A DNA stretch of 64,000 nt from assembly GCA_965287045.1 (NCBI GenBank), contig OZ336903.1:1178001-1242000 (forward strand). The letters are read 5' to 3'. The notes beneath the pieces are model-generated. The model made no database searches and had not been told where the DNA came from. It worked only from the letters and a program-made list of their open reading frames with translations. Position numbers and translations under genes: made by a program. Below are positions 23,501 through 34,667 of the stretch, piece by piece. Every line of letters starts with the position of its first letter. Positions within the stretch are counted from its first letter, which is position 1. The stretch is from Carcharhinus amblyrhynchos (lineage: Eukaryota).

Positions 23501-26500
23501 GGTAGATTTGAAACCTGCATTCTTGAGATAACAAGGAACTGATAACCATTTTAGCAGCAACTTGTGTGAGTTCTCAGGCAAGGTCGCTATCTGAAAGGTC
23601 AAGTCGCTGCCAGCCTACTTGCATATTTACAGTATTTCTGATTTGTTCCGATATATATGTGTGTGAACTGGTGAAACATCTGATGAATTTTTCATGACAA
23701 AATGGGTCAGTGAAAAAAGAAAGAAGGTAATGCCTGCTTAAAACATTCTGTGTTGAACAATTAATTACCACAATTACATTATTCGGATGAAGCAAAACAG
23801 CAATGAGTCGGTCAGATCCAAACAGCAAACGGTCGGATTATATTGTCATTGGAAATATGAATATCTTGAAGATTTGTAAACGCTACATTATTTATTTTAC
23901 CTCTGATTAGAAACTTTTTTTTTCTAGAGCATAGATCAATGTCCCTGTCAATGGCAGTTAAAATACAGGTTTTAATTAAGCTTCAAATTATGCAATATTT
24001 TGAATTTTGCAACGAGGTGAATATGTTTAAGAAATATAATCTGTCACTTTCATTATCCTTTTAGAACATAAGCAGTTAAGACTCTCTGGCGGTGGAAGCC
24101 GATGTGCGGGCCGACTGGAGATTTATCACAATGGGATCTGGGGCTCAGTTTGTTATGATTCCTGGGATCTGACAGACGCTGACGTGGTTTGCAAGCAGCT
24201 GGGTTGTGGACATGCATTGCAGCTTCCTCTTCATATATCGGCTGCACCTGACATAGGCCCAATTTGGTTGAATGAGCTGGAATGCTCCGGGGGTGAATCA
24301 TTTCTCTGGGAATGTCCCCATGCATTGTGGGGTAAACACGACTGTCGTCATGAAGAAGATGTGAAGATCATGTGCTCTGGTAAACGTCAAACTTCAGTTA
24401 CATTAGAAGTTTCATATATAAGATATGATCCTGATAAACCTAAGGACAGCGTTTACCACCGCCCTTCTGTCAAATTCCTCTGTGTTATTTATTCTGGACA
24501 CCATTACCGTTACAATATTTCTATATCCTACTTTTGATGTGTTGCCTTATCTTCCTTTATCCCACATTTCCTGATATAAATGTATCTTCAAATTAATATC
24601 ACTGACTGTAATGATCATGAGCTTTAAATTTCATCAGTTTATGAGTAAAATGTTCCACTTAACTACATTACTTGGCAGAGATATTAGATTTAATGGGTGG
24701 TATGGTAGCACAGTGGTTAGCACTGCTGCTTCACAGTTCCAGGGTCCTGGGTTCAATTCCCGGCTCGGGTCACTGACTGTGGAGTTTGCACATTCTCCTC
24801 GTGCCTGCGTAGGTTTTCTCTGGTTGATCCGGTTTTCTCCCGTAGCCCAAAGATGTGCAGGTTTGGTTGATTGGCCGTGCTGAGAAGTTGCCCCTTAGTA
24901 CCCAGGGATGCGTAGGTTAGAGGGATTAGTGGGTATAATGTATAGGATACAGGGGTAGGGCCTGGGTGGGATTGTGTCCAGTGCAGACCTGATGGGCCGA
25001 AGGGCATCTTTCTGCACTGTAGGGTTCTATGATCTTTATTTTTCAAGAAGCCTGCTGTCATTTTATTCTTCGCATCAAAATTCATTCCAGTACGAAAACT
25101 AAGTTGTCATTGGCATGTGTATCCTGCCATGTATTAGCATTTTGATACATACTTTGCAATCCTCCTTAGTATTATCTATATAAACCAGTTTGCTGCCACA
25201 ACAGACGCTCTTTATTTTACTGCCGATCACAAAGTCCAGCTGCGTTTTGTAACTCGCAAGAGCAGCGACCGCAGTACCAAACTGTGAACCTCACACCGGA
25301 AGATTTGGTACTTTAATAACGTGAAACGTCACAGACTTTTGAAATTCGATCTTTACACTGACTGTCTGGTTCCCCATTGTCTTTCGTGGGCTTTCATTAT
25401 GGAACTTGACGCAGCTCTGCTGTTAACCCGCGTAAGAAGCCTGACAACACCAGATTTAAGTCCAACCAATTTATTTGATAGTAAACTCACAAGCTTTCGG
25501 GGTTTGACCCTTTGTCAGGTGACGAAGGAGCACCTGACGGAGGGGAAAACCCCGAAAGTTTGTGAGTTTACTATCAAATTAATTGGTTGGACTTAAACCT
25601 GGTGTTGTCAGACTTCTTACTGTGTTTACCCCAGTCCAACGCCGGCATCTCCACATCGTCAATCCGCACACAGAACATCGAGAGCATTGCCCTTTTCACC
25701 ATTGCTGCAAGCTTTACAAATAAGTCAATCGGGTTCATCGTTCAAATGTTTTGATTAAAATTCAATGTTGCCTATTCTTGGATATATCTGCTTTTCTGTG
25801 ACGTTTACGAAATAATTATGACAAATTGCGAACTCAACTTAGAAACATATATACATATCTTTATATCCAAAGTGCGGGGAATCAGAATTGATAATTACAT
25901 CACGTGGTTATTTATGATTTGCTTCACAGAGCACAAAGAGCTGCGTTTGGTGAACGGAAAGCATCGCTGTGAGGGCCGAGTGGAAGTTTTCTATAATGGG
26001 TCTTGGGGAACAGTGTGCTCTGTAAACCTGGATTTCGATGATGGAGCAGTCATCTGTAAACAGTTAGGTTGCGGCACACTCGTTTCCATCGACTATTATG
26101 CTCGCACATTCGGAGTAGGAACCGGACCTATTTGGCTGGATGAGATGGAATGCCGTTCACACGAATCGACCCTTTGGCAGTGCCAGGCAGACCCGTGGGG
26201 TCAACACAACTGTGATCATTGGGAAGATGCAGGTGTCGTTTGTTCAGGTAACACAATCAATCATTCTGCTTACAGGTGAGATTTGAAATATTGATGTAGC
26301 TCATGGCGTCAACATGTTTGTCCTATCAACAGGGGGAGATACACCGAAACAAGAGCAGGAAACTGTGAACAGCTGCAAAAGAGGATCAGCTGTTTTCCTA
26401 ACTTTAATGCAACAGCTCTCTGATTTTATTCCTCTCTTGTCCTATATCAAGATTACTGATTTATTTATTATCCTTGAAAAATGTCGGCCAAAGTTTGCGG

Positions 26501-27606
26501 TTGGCTGGAGGTAACAGCAGCTGCTCCGGGAGAGTGGAGATATGGTGTAATAGAGCCTGGGGCACGGTGTGTGATGATTCCTGGGATATGAACGATGCCA
26601 GTGTTGTCTGCAGACAGCTGGGCTGTGGCTCTGCTCTCGAGGCCACAGGAGGGCGCTCTTTTGGGCAGGGTACCGGTACTATCTGGCTGGATGAGGTGAA
26701 GTGCACCAGAAGCGAATCCTTTCTGTTTGACTGTCCTTCATCATCAGCTCAGTCTGACTGTGATCACAAGGAAGATAGAATCATAGAACCCTACTGTACA
26801 GAAAAAGGCCCTTCGGCCCATCGATTCTGTACCAAACATAAGCCCATCCATGCCCTACCCCCATATCCCTACATATTATACCCACTAATCACTCTAACCT
26901 ACGCATCCCTAGGCACTGACGGACAATTTCTGAGCATGGTCAATCAACCTAACCCGCAGATGTTTGGACTCTGGGAGGAAACCGGAGTACTCAGAGGAAG
27001 CCCACGCAGACACGAGGAGAACGTGCAAACTCCACACAGACAGTGACCCAAGCTGGGAATCGATCCCAGGACCCTGGAGCTGTGAAGCAGCAGTGCCGAC
27101 GTGCTGCCCAGATGTCAGTGTGATTTCCTTCGTTAAATATCCCACTGAGCGGTGCAGTTTGGGTCTGTGTGACGTTGTCTGGCCCATCTTCGCTGAATAT
27201 AATCCATGTTTTCAGATGTCTTTCTGATCAACAATGCAAGTAATTGTGGCTTTTTTTTTTACCATATTTTCACAGGTCCGGCATTATCTCCGACCGTTCT
27301 GCCCACACCTTCAGGTATGTCAGAGTAATAAATATCAATCACTATTATGGCTAATTTTACATTAGGATAAATAATTGTCACACGTTGGCATTGTCTTCAT
27401 TTTATCAATTCTTACCGACAGTCTGGGTGTTTGGATAATCCTGTATTTAAAAATATTGTGGACATTTTAACTCACAACGTCCTTGAGTATTTCATCAAGG
27501 ATATGAAGATGAAAGCACCTCCATCCCTCTGGTGATCTGCATATCACTCGGTGTCCTGTTGATCTGTGAGTTAATCGTCCTTTTGGCAGTAATGCAGAGA
27601 AGATAA
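14536..27606 (+). CDS. Gene A: CD163/WC1-like group B SRCR protein; predicted signal + 6 SRCR (+ linker + TM, stop at 27604-27606); 3' part degenerate
   Basis: Exons 14536-14581, 16883-16915, 17697-18020, 20218-20532, 21548-21862, 22180-22494, 24065-24379, 25930-26247, 27276-27314, 27500-27606 join in frame with canonical splice sites. Confidence 0.75.
16883..16915 (+). CDS. Gene A exon 2 (C)[10 protein letters not shown]
   Basis: tttcag|GC...TCAG|gtaatc, 33 nt, 1 nt different from the gene B copy. Confidence 0.85.
17697..18020 (+). CDS. Gene A SRCR domain 1 (lacks C2/C7)
   Basis: [25 protein letters not shown]...DAGVICS; ttacag/gtaaaa. Confidence 0.95.
20218..20532 (+). CDS. Gene A SRCR domain 2
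   Basis: CSGRLEIH...GTVCD...DVSVICS, 8 Cys, 315 nt, ttcag/gtgagt. Confidence 0.95.
21548..21862 (+). CDS. Gene A SRCR domain 3
   Basis: [26 protein letters not shown], 8 Cys, 315 nt. Confidence 0.95.
22180..22494 (+). CDS. Gene A SRCR domain 4 (lacks C2/C7)
   Basis: [27 protein letters not shown]...GVLCS, 315 nt. Confidence 0.95.
22933..23176 (-). mobile_element. tRNA-derived SINE (V-SINE type, cattgcagtgttaa tail variant)
   Basis: gaggaaacccacgcagacacagggagaatgtgc core; gcagcagtgctaacca head. Confidence 0.85.
24065..24379 (+). CDS. Gene A SRCR domain 5
   Basis: [30 protein letters not shown]...DVKIMCS, 315 nt. Confidence 0.95.
24694..25033 (+). mobile_element. HE1-like shark SINE
   Basis: ggtagcacagtggttagcactgctgc head, gggttcaattcc B box, tggagtttgcacattctc core, ctgcactgtagggttctatg tail. 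Confidence 0.92.
25432..25657. mobile_element. Penelope-like inverted-repeat fragment with degenerate minimal hammerhead-ribozyme motifs
   Basis: ~90-bp arms 25432-25521 and 25531-25620; cacCTGACGGaGGGGaaaaCCCCGAAAgtttgtg. Confidence 0.75.
25930..26247 (+). CDS. Gene A SRCR domain 6
   Basis: [26 protein letters not shown]...DAGVVCS, 318 nt. Confidence 0.95.
26333..26389 (+). pseudogene. Gene A linker-1 pseudoexon (donor GT>CT)
   Basis: TCAG|ctgttt vs TCAG|gtgttt in gene B (52649-52705). Confidence 0.8.
26487..27132 (+). pseudogene. Gene A SRCR7 pseudoexon: acceptor AG>CG, SINE insertion, C8>S, donor GT>TT
   Basis: Alignment to intact gene B exon 52243-52551. Confidence 0.9.
26777..27109 (-). 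mobile_element. HE1-like SINE inserted in the SRCR7 exon, candidate TSD AGAT
   Basis: atagaatcatagaaccctac tail ... gtgctgccc head; AGAT at 26773-26776 and 27110-27113. Confidence 0.93.
27276..27314 (+). CDS. Gene A linker-2 exon (G)[12 protein letters not shown]
   Basis: cacag/gtatgt intact, 39 nt. Confidence 0.75.
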
Positions 27607-27616
27607 TCAATAAAAG
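27500..27616 (+). CDS. Gene A transmembrane exon [35 protein letters not shown] (TAA 27604-27606; TCA in gene B)
   Basis: caag/gtaagg, 117 nt, ~23-aa hydrophobic stretch. Confidence 0.85.
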
Positions 27617-29363
27617 GTAAGGCCCGTTCAGATCCCTGAACCCACGCTGAGTCATGGATGTTGCTTCATACATCAGAGGGGCTTCTCTGCCAATTTACAT
27701 AGAATGACTTGAATACATTTCAAAAACAAATTAACTGAGTATTGGCCAGTAATTTATTTCAAGTCACATGAGAAATAGTAAAATATTACATATAAATGAC
27801 GGAGTTATCTACGTTCATTTTCTTGCTTCATCCACCAGTGCAGGAGATATGGAAATGGAAATATTTTTTGTTGCAATCGATTTAAAAGTTTAAACAATAA
27901 ATTGAGCTCTGATGGCCTGTACTCTCTGTTATAAGAGGAGATGGCAGCAGGGATAGTGTGAGTGTTAGTTGTGTTATTCCATTTTTTTCCTCGATTCTGG
28001 AAAGATACCAGTGGATTGGAAACACGCTAATATGGCACCCTTATACAAAAAAAAGAGAGAGAGGGCAAAAACGTGGCAAACTGTTGGCCACTTATCTCGA
28101 TCTCTGATTTGGGAAGTTGTTGCAGTCTATCATTCAGCAGGAGATAACTGATCAATGGAAAACAAAGTGGAGTTCACCAGGGCCAGCTCGATTTTATGAA
28201 GGGCAAGCTTCCTTGACAAACTTGCTAGAGATTTTTGAGGATTTAAACAACAAGGTGGATTTTGGGGATCATGTATATGTGGCATATCTGGATTATAGAG
28301 GGCATTGGAGAAGAGTAGTAGAATGTTAGGGGTTGGGCACAGAAAATTGGCTTGGAGAGAGGATTGCTTGAGTAAGAGAAATCGTAGGGTCGAGGTAAAT
28401 GGGATCTTCTTCTGCAGAGAAATTGAAGTGTAATGAGGGATGACTCAGTGTTCACTTTTTAACTGTTTACAACTGATATAACTGACCTGCGATTAGCGTC
28501 AGAGTGCAACATAGCAAGGTTCGTGGAGGATTCGAAGATGACTGGGAAAGCAGGCTCTGTTGACATTATAGATTTTACAGATGGATATTGACGGGCTAGG
28601 AGAATGGACTAGAATGTGGCATATCGATATTAATGTGAATACTTGTGAGGTTCTCCATTTTCACGAGAAAATATTGAAAGTGTAAATGATTATTTAAATG
28701 TGAAACATATTCGAATTCACTCAGTGCAGCGGGATCCGGTGTCCTTGTGCACGAATGACAGAATGTGAATATGCAGGTGCAGCGTTTTCTAACAGCGGCA
28801 AGTTGAATATTGGAATTTATTTGAAAAGAACAGCATTTTAAATATCAAGAAATGTTATTAACACTGGAGAAGGCCTTGGTGAAACCGTATCTAGAGTCTT
28901 GTGTCCAGATTTGTTCTCCATACCTGATGAAGGATGTGCTGATACTGAAGGCCGTTCAGGGGGTGTTCACCAGATTGATTCCAGGGCTGAAGGGGCTTCC
29001 ACACGAGCAGTGTTTGACTAGCTTAGGTGTGTACCCGCTGGAGCTCAAAAGAAGTAGGATCTGACTGCGGGACATAAAATGCTAAAGAGTTTGATGAGGT
29101 GGAAATTGAACAGCTATTCCCCATTTGTTGGAGAGTACACAACAGAAGCTCATAGGCCCTCTTTTTTAAGCTCCAGTGGGAAAAAACCTAAGCTATTCAA
29201 ACGGTGCTCGTGTGGTAGAGTGAGTGTAAGACGAAGTAGATCCAAAACTGTGGTGAGGGACGAATTCTCTCAGAGGTTTGTGAACCTGTGAAAAGATTCC
29301 CCGGAATGCAGGGGGACACAATCAGTCAGCAGAGTGAAGAAAGAGACAAATATGTGTCTCCAT

Positions 29364-30723
29364 ATTTATGCAGGGGAGGTCCTATGAGGAGAGACTGAGG
29401 GATTTGGGGTTGTTTTCACTGGAAAGAAGGCGGCTAAGAGGGGATCTTATAGAAACATATAAGATGATTAGAGGTTTAGAACATAGAACATAGAACACTA
29501 CAGCACAAACAGGCCCTTCGGCCCACAAGTTGCGCCGATCACATCACCTACCAACCTACAGACCTATCTATAACCCTCAATCTCATTAAACCCCATATAC
29601 TCATCCAGAAGTCTTTTAAAAGACCCCAGCGAGTTCGCCTCCACCACCACTGACGGCAGCCGATTCCATTCACTCACCACCCTCTGAGTGAAAAACCTAC
29701 CCCTAACATCACTTCTGAACCTCCCTCCCCGCACCTTAAATCTGTGTCCTCTCGTAGCGACCATTTCAAACCGGGGAAATAGCCTCTGAGAGTCCACCCT
29801 ATCTATTCCTCTCAACATTTTGTAAACTTCTATCAGGTCGCCTCTCAACCTTCGTCTCTCCAGGGAAAAGAGTCCCAGCTCCCTCAACCTAACTTCATAA
29901 GGCATGCCTCCCAGTCCAGGCAACATCCTTGTAAATCTCCTCTGCACCCTTTCAATAGCTTCTACATCTTTCCTATAGTGAGGCGACCAGAACTGCGCAC
30001 AATACTCCAAATGAGGCCTGACAAGGGTCTTATAAAGTTGCAGCATTACCTCCCGACTCCTAAACTCAATCCCTCGATTAATGAAGGCCAGTACACCATA
30101 CGCCTTCTTGACCACCTCCTCCACCTGCGAGGCCGATTTAAGAGTCCTGTGGACCCGGACCCCAAGATCCTTCTGCTCCTCAACACTACTCAGACTTCTG
30201 CCCTTGATAGTGTACTCGTTCATCCCGTTGGTTCTGCCAAAATGGACGACTACACATTTATCCGCGTTGAAGTCCATCTGCCACTTCTCCGCCCAGTCCT
30301 GCATCCTATCTATGTCCTGCTGCAACTTTTGCCATCCCTCCAGATCATCCACAACACCACCGACCTTCGTGTCATCAGCGAGGTTTAGATAGGGTGGATG
30401 GTGATAGCCTGTTTCCTCGGATGGAGAAAGCTAGCACGAGGGGGCATGGCTTTAAATTAAGGGGGGGTAGTTATAGGACGGATGTCAGGGGCAGGTTCTT
30501 TACCCAGAGGGTGGTGAGGGACTGGAATGCCCTGCCTGCTGCAGTTGTAAATGTGCCTAGGTTGGGGGTGTTTAAGAGATTGGTGGATAGGTTTATGGAC
30601 GAAAAGGGATTGGTTTAGATTAGTGGGTCAATGTTTTTTTTAAAAAATAAGACTGGTCGGCGCAACATTGTGGGCCGAAGGGCCTGTTCCGCGCTGTAAT
30701 GTTCTATGTTCTATGTTCTATGT
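29364..30723 (+). mobile_element. Younger 5'-truncated CR1 (same subfamily as 1557-2349), split by a nested insertion; candidate TSD TCCAT
   Basis: 29368-29480 joins 30390-30723; (TTCTATG)n tail. Confidence 0.9.
29481..30379 (-). mobile_element. Young 5'-truncated CR1 nested in a CR1, 10-bp TSD GAGGTTTAGA
   Basis: Uninterrupted ORF2 fragment 29564-30352; TSD at 29471-29480 and 30380-30389. Confidence 0.95.
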
Positions 30724-31349
30724 TCCATGGAAGCTGGATAAAGCTCAAATGGAGCAGGCAGGTTTGTGGATTTGGGAGCAAGATCAGATCAGCCATGATC
30801 ATATCGGATGGTGGAGTGGCCTCAAAAGGTTGAATTGCCCCAAACTCGCTCCCAATTCCTGTGTTCCAATGTGTTCATTACTGATTTAGCAATTGACATT
30901 TTGTTTCCACTTACAATTGGATCGAAGCAAAAAAAAAATCCAGAAAAAATGAAAGAAACAATAGGCATAAAGACACATCGCCAATGTAAGCAAGGAGCAA
31001 CAACGGGGGACATGTGTTAGACTCAGTGGAGTAATGAACTGAGCCAAGAGAGATGTGGAGTCGGGGGTGGTGGAGGGGGGGGGGGGGGGGGGGGGCGGAG
31101 ATGATGTTATTAGTTAAGATTGCAAAGGAGTACTAGTATATCAGTGATTAATGGAGTGTTAATTAACACAGAAAAATATTCAATCAAATCAGAAATAAAA
31201 TGGCCAATTTAGAATTTCTTTCAGCTATTTTCGAAGGATAGTTTTTATAGACAGTCAACAATGCTGAAATGAGAGAAATATTAATCAATTGTTTGTTTCA
31301 GTTTATACCAGAGGTAACACTTAAGTTCATGACTTCACAAGATGTGAAT

Positions 31350-32460
31350 GGGAATGACATCAACAGGTAGAAACTAAAACGAACCAGAACATTAAACTCA
31401 TTGGAACATTTTCATCCATGCATTTTTAAAGAAAGGAAAATTCTACCAAAAGCAGAATTGCAGTTTTTCACCGAATCATTACTAAAGGGTGTAATGCCAG
31501 AGTCCTGGCGGGAAGCAAATATTGATGTTGTGATTAGGAAATGAAAAGGACAATGTCAAGAAAATGGGTGTCAGTTTCCTGGACATAAACGGGAGGAAAG
31601 CGAATCAATTGTTGACAAAAGGAGGAAAGAAAATATCTACATTAAAGCAATGTAAAGGAGTCAGTGCACCTTTCATGGTGAGATCCTACGCACAATCAAC
31701 ATCATCAAAATCTCACAAAAGTCACCACAGCACAAACCGTAAACACCAGAAAAGTATTTTTATTGTGTCCAATATTCGTTCCGTAATTGCCATTTTATAC
31801 ACCAATGAATGGGACAATATCCTTTCAGCTCTTTCTTCAGTAAGTTCCAATCTTTCTTGTATGTCAAAAGTTTGCAAATCCGTGTTACATCCTAACACTT
31901 CAATAGAAACATAAAGCTGACACTCCGGTGCCGTGCTGAGCGAGTTGCTGCACACTTGGCGATATGATCTTTCATAGGAGCCATTCACCCAATGGCCAAG
32001 ATGCATTTTCTCTTGGTTATAAATGATCAGCTGACCACGCTAGAAAAGACTTGAGTTAGCAAATTTTCCCGGAACAAAATTTACCATTTGAACAAATTCA
32101 CAAAGTCAGATAAAAGTGTATTTCTATAGACGGAAGGTGATTCAAATCGGTGTTCCGGCACTGGGATCATTTGTTTATAATTGATCTAATCAAACTACGT
32201 TTTAACGATGATAGCATTTTTTTGGACAGAAAGGAAGCCAATGGGATTACAAGAAAACATTCATGAACTTGTTCTAACGGACACATGATTTGTAAACAAA
32301 TTCAATATATTTAACTGATAATGAGTACTTCGCGAGAGCAAACAAAAAACAATTTAATGTATTATACTGAAGAAGGAATTAAATGTCATAGTTCATAAAA
32401 TTGATTAAAAATACACAGATGCCCAATTAATTCGAAGCAGGCAGAAACGTTGACCAGAAG
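31350..32460 (+). mobile_element. Very old CR1-like LINE remnants (partly shared with 48000-48300)
   Basis: Degenerate [18 protein letters not shown]-type ORF2 segment. Confidence 0.55.
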
Positions 32461-32725
32461 CCGAAACAAACACAAAAGTTTATTTCTAAAACAATAGAGC
32501 GGATACTGCTGGACAATCTCAGCAGGTCTGGACAGAGAACAATGTTCACCAGAAGCCAAAACAAACACAAGAGTTCATTTCTAAAACAATAGAGGGGAAA
32601 ATGCTGGACAAACTCAGCAGACCTGAAGAGAGACCAAATTCAACACTTTGAGTGCCAATGACTCGTTTTCATGCCTGACCTGCTGACTCTGTCAGAGATT
32701 TTCTGTTTTGTTTCCGATTTCAAGC
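32453..32725. repeat. ~95-bp local tandem duplication overlapping a short Penelope-like palindromic remnant
   Basis: accagaagcc.aaacaaacacaa.agtt.atttctaaaacaatagag occurs twice; ctcagcaggtctgg ... cctgacctgctga. Confidence 0.65.
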
Positions 32726-33112
32726 TTTGCCACATTGTATTTACAAAATTACAGATGGAAAATTATAAACATTTATAAATTATAAATGGCATCATTGCTC
32801 TGATGCCATTTTGTTTGGATTGCATGGTTCTTAACAGGATTTTGTAAAACGACACAGGAATCAGGGGAGGGTTCAAAAGAATTTACAAATACGTTAGCAG
32901 GTAGGCGGGCAGAGACCTGCCCGGAATGGCTGAACAGAGTTTAAAAAAAAACACGAGAACTTACTTGGCCTATTAGTGCTCTTTTCTGGTGAATTGCACG
33001 GGGCTCCCATCAGAGGAAAGTAAAAACACATTTATTAGTCACAAGTAAGTGTAAACTAACACTGCAATGAAGTTACTGTGAAATCCCCAGTGGTTTCACT
33101 CCTTCCGACCGT

Positions 33113-33433
33113 ACGGCGGCGCAGTGATGAGTGCTGCTGTTTCATAGCTCCAGGACCTGGGTTTGATTATCGGCTTGCGTTATAGTCTGTGTAGAGTTTG
33201 CACCTTCTCCCCATGTCTGCATTGCTTCCCTTGATGAGCTCTGAATTTATCCCACAGTCCAAAAGATGTCCGTATTCGGTTGATTAGACATGCTAATTTG
33301 CCGCTTAGTGTTGGTCACAGGGACAGGCAATGTTCATATGTTTGGCTGCAGAGATAGAACCTGGGGAGGATGGTTGTCAGTGCAAACTCGTTGGGCCAAA
33401 TTGTCTCACTCTGCACTGTAGGGTATCTATGTT
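33113..33433 (+). mobile_element. Diverged HE1-like SINE (preceded by an inverted SINE tail at 33030-33090)
   Basis: gtagagtttgcaccttctccccatgtctgc, cccacagtccaaaagatg. Confidence 0.85.
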
Positions 33434-33843
33434 TTGATGGATTTTCATCTCTGAGGATAAAATCCGGGGATAATATGGTAGGGATGAAATGATTCTGGAT
33501 CATAAAAACCGGTCCACTGACTCAGATGGAATGTTTTTTTTCCTCACATATTCCCGGTTCTCTGATATCTTACACATTATTTGTCCTAAGGGACTGGACA
33601 TTTCGGATCCAGAGTAACATATTTCCTCCATTAAGATAGTGCTGGTTCTTCAGTTTGGATCACTGCAGTCAGTCTGCTGACTGTTCTGCCAAATTGGTGG
33701 GATGTTTAAACGCCAGGATATTTCCACAGAGGCGATTAAGTTGTTGTGATCTCGACTAACGCTCTGAGTCACTCTCTATCACGATAACATTGTAACAACT
33801 TCACAAAATAATTGCCAACTAACAACTATTTTGTGCTTACCAG

Positions 33844-33954
33844 TTTCTTCAAGCATTGACTCCTTCAATCAGATTGAGTATTACACCAGTCACAGTTTAG
33901 GAAACACAGATCCTGGACCAGAATATCCTGAAGTGAATTCTTCCTCAATTCAGG
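33844..33954 (+). pseudogene. Gene A cytoplasmic pseudoexon 2 (donor GT>GG)
   Basis: [30 protein letters not shown]; CAGG|ggaggt vs |gtaggt in B. Confidence 0.8.
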
Positions 33955-34476
33955 GGAGGTGGAAGTTCACATGCGACCATGTCCTTCCGAGCCTTCTCAC
34001 TCTGTAATATCTAAAATAGCGTTTGAAATCTCCAAACGTGTACTCCATGACGTGTACACCATGATGTGTGCACCATGATGTGTACACCATGGAATGGCAG
34101 GGCCAAATGCCTCAGATATTGCAGAATGATTTGAATTACAGAAACTTTGAGTCTCAAACAATATGTTCTCATTGTTCCAAGCAATGGAAATTAGATTTTT
34201 AAAACGAAGTTCCATTTATTTCCCCTTTCTTGGTTGTTATTTGTGGACTGGTTTGTGGGATCGGTGACACATTGGGAACGGTATACATTTGAACGAAAGT
34301 TGGAAAAAAGAAACAAAATTTCGCCCAATAATCTCTATGCTCCAATCCACTGGCCTCCATGCCACAACAGATCAAAGTCTCAGCCCCGGAAATACTGCGG
34401 CAACAGACATTAAACGATATGATTCTAATTGTCCTTCATTACTAATTAAGTTCAATTCAAATCCTTTCCCTCTCAG

Positions 34477-34606
34477 CTCCTGTTTTGACAGACTCTGACG
34501 ATGCTGAGAGTGAAACCATTGACTCTGATGGGGCACTTGCTGCTGAACCGGGACCCTGACGGTATCTTCACATTGACAAGTTCCAGCGGTGATCTGGACA
34601 CTCTGG
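34477..34606 (+). pseudogene. Gene A cytoplasmic pseudoexon 3 (Y>S in GYDDA, net 2-nt deletion)
   Basis: 130 nt vs 132 nt in gene B 46920-47051. Confidence 0.8.
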
Positions 34607-34667
34607 GTGAGATAATTCATTGATTGTTCCCTATCTTAGACAGTGGGTTGGGATCAGTACACAATAA

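Larger units (their letters stand above)
27830..30880 (+). mobile_element. Old degenerate CR1 (shared with gene B 49950-51540) hosting younger nested CR1s
   Basis: Fragments GKIPVDWKHAN, LTNLLEIFE, ALVKPYLESCVQICSPYL with many stops. Confidence 0.85.

Noticed and set aside
24694-24770. tRNA-like A/B boxes here and at other SINE heads
   Set aside because: They are SINE promoters followed by the SINE core and tail, not tRNA genes
26474-27046. 190-aa SRCR-SINE fusion ORF
   Set aside because: Read-through of a dead exon into an antisense SINE; the acceptor is mutated
34036-34092. 14-bp repeat (four copies vs two in B); similar micro-duplications at ~1105-1150 and ~59375-59410
   Set aside because: Ordinary slippage duplications in introns
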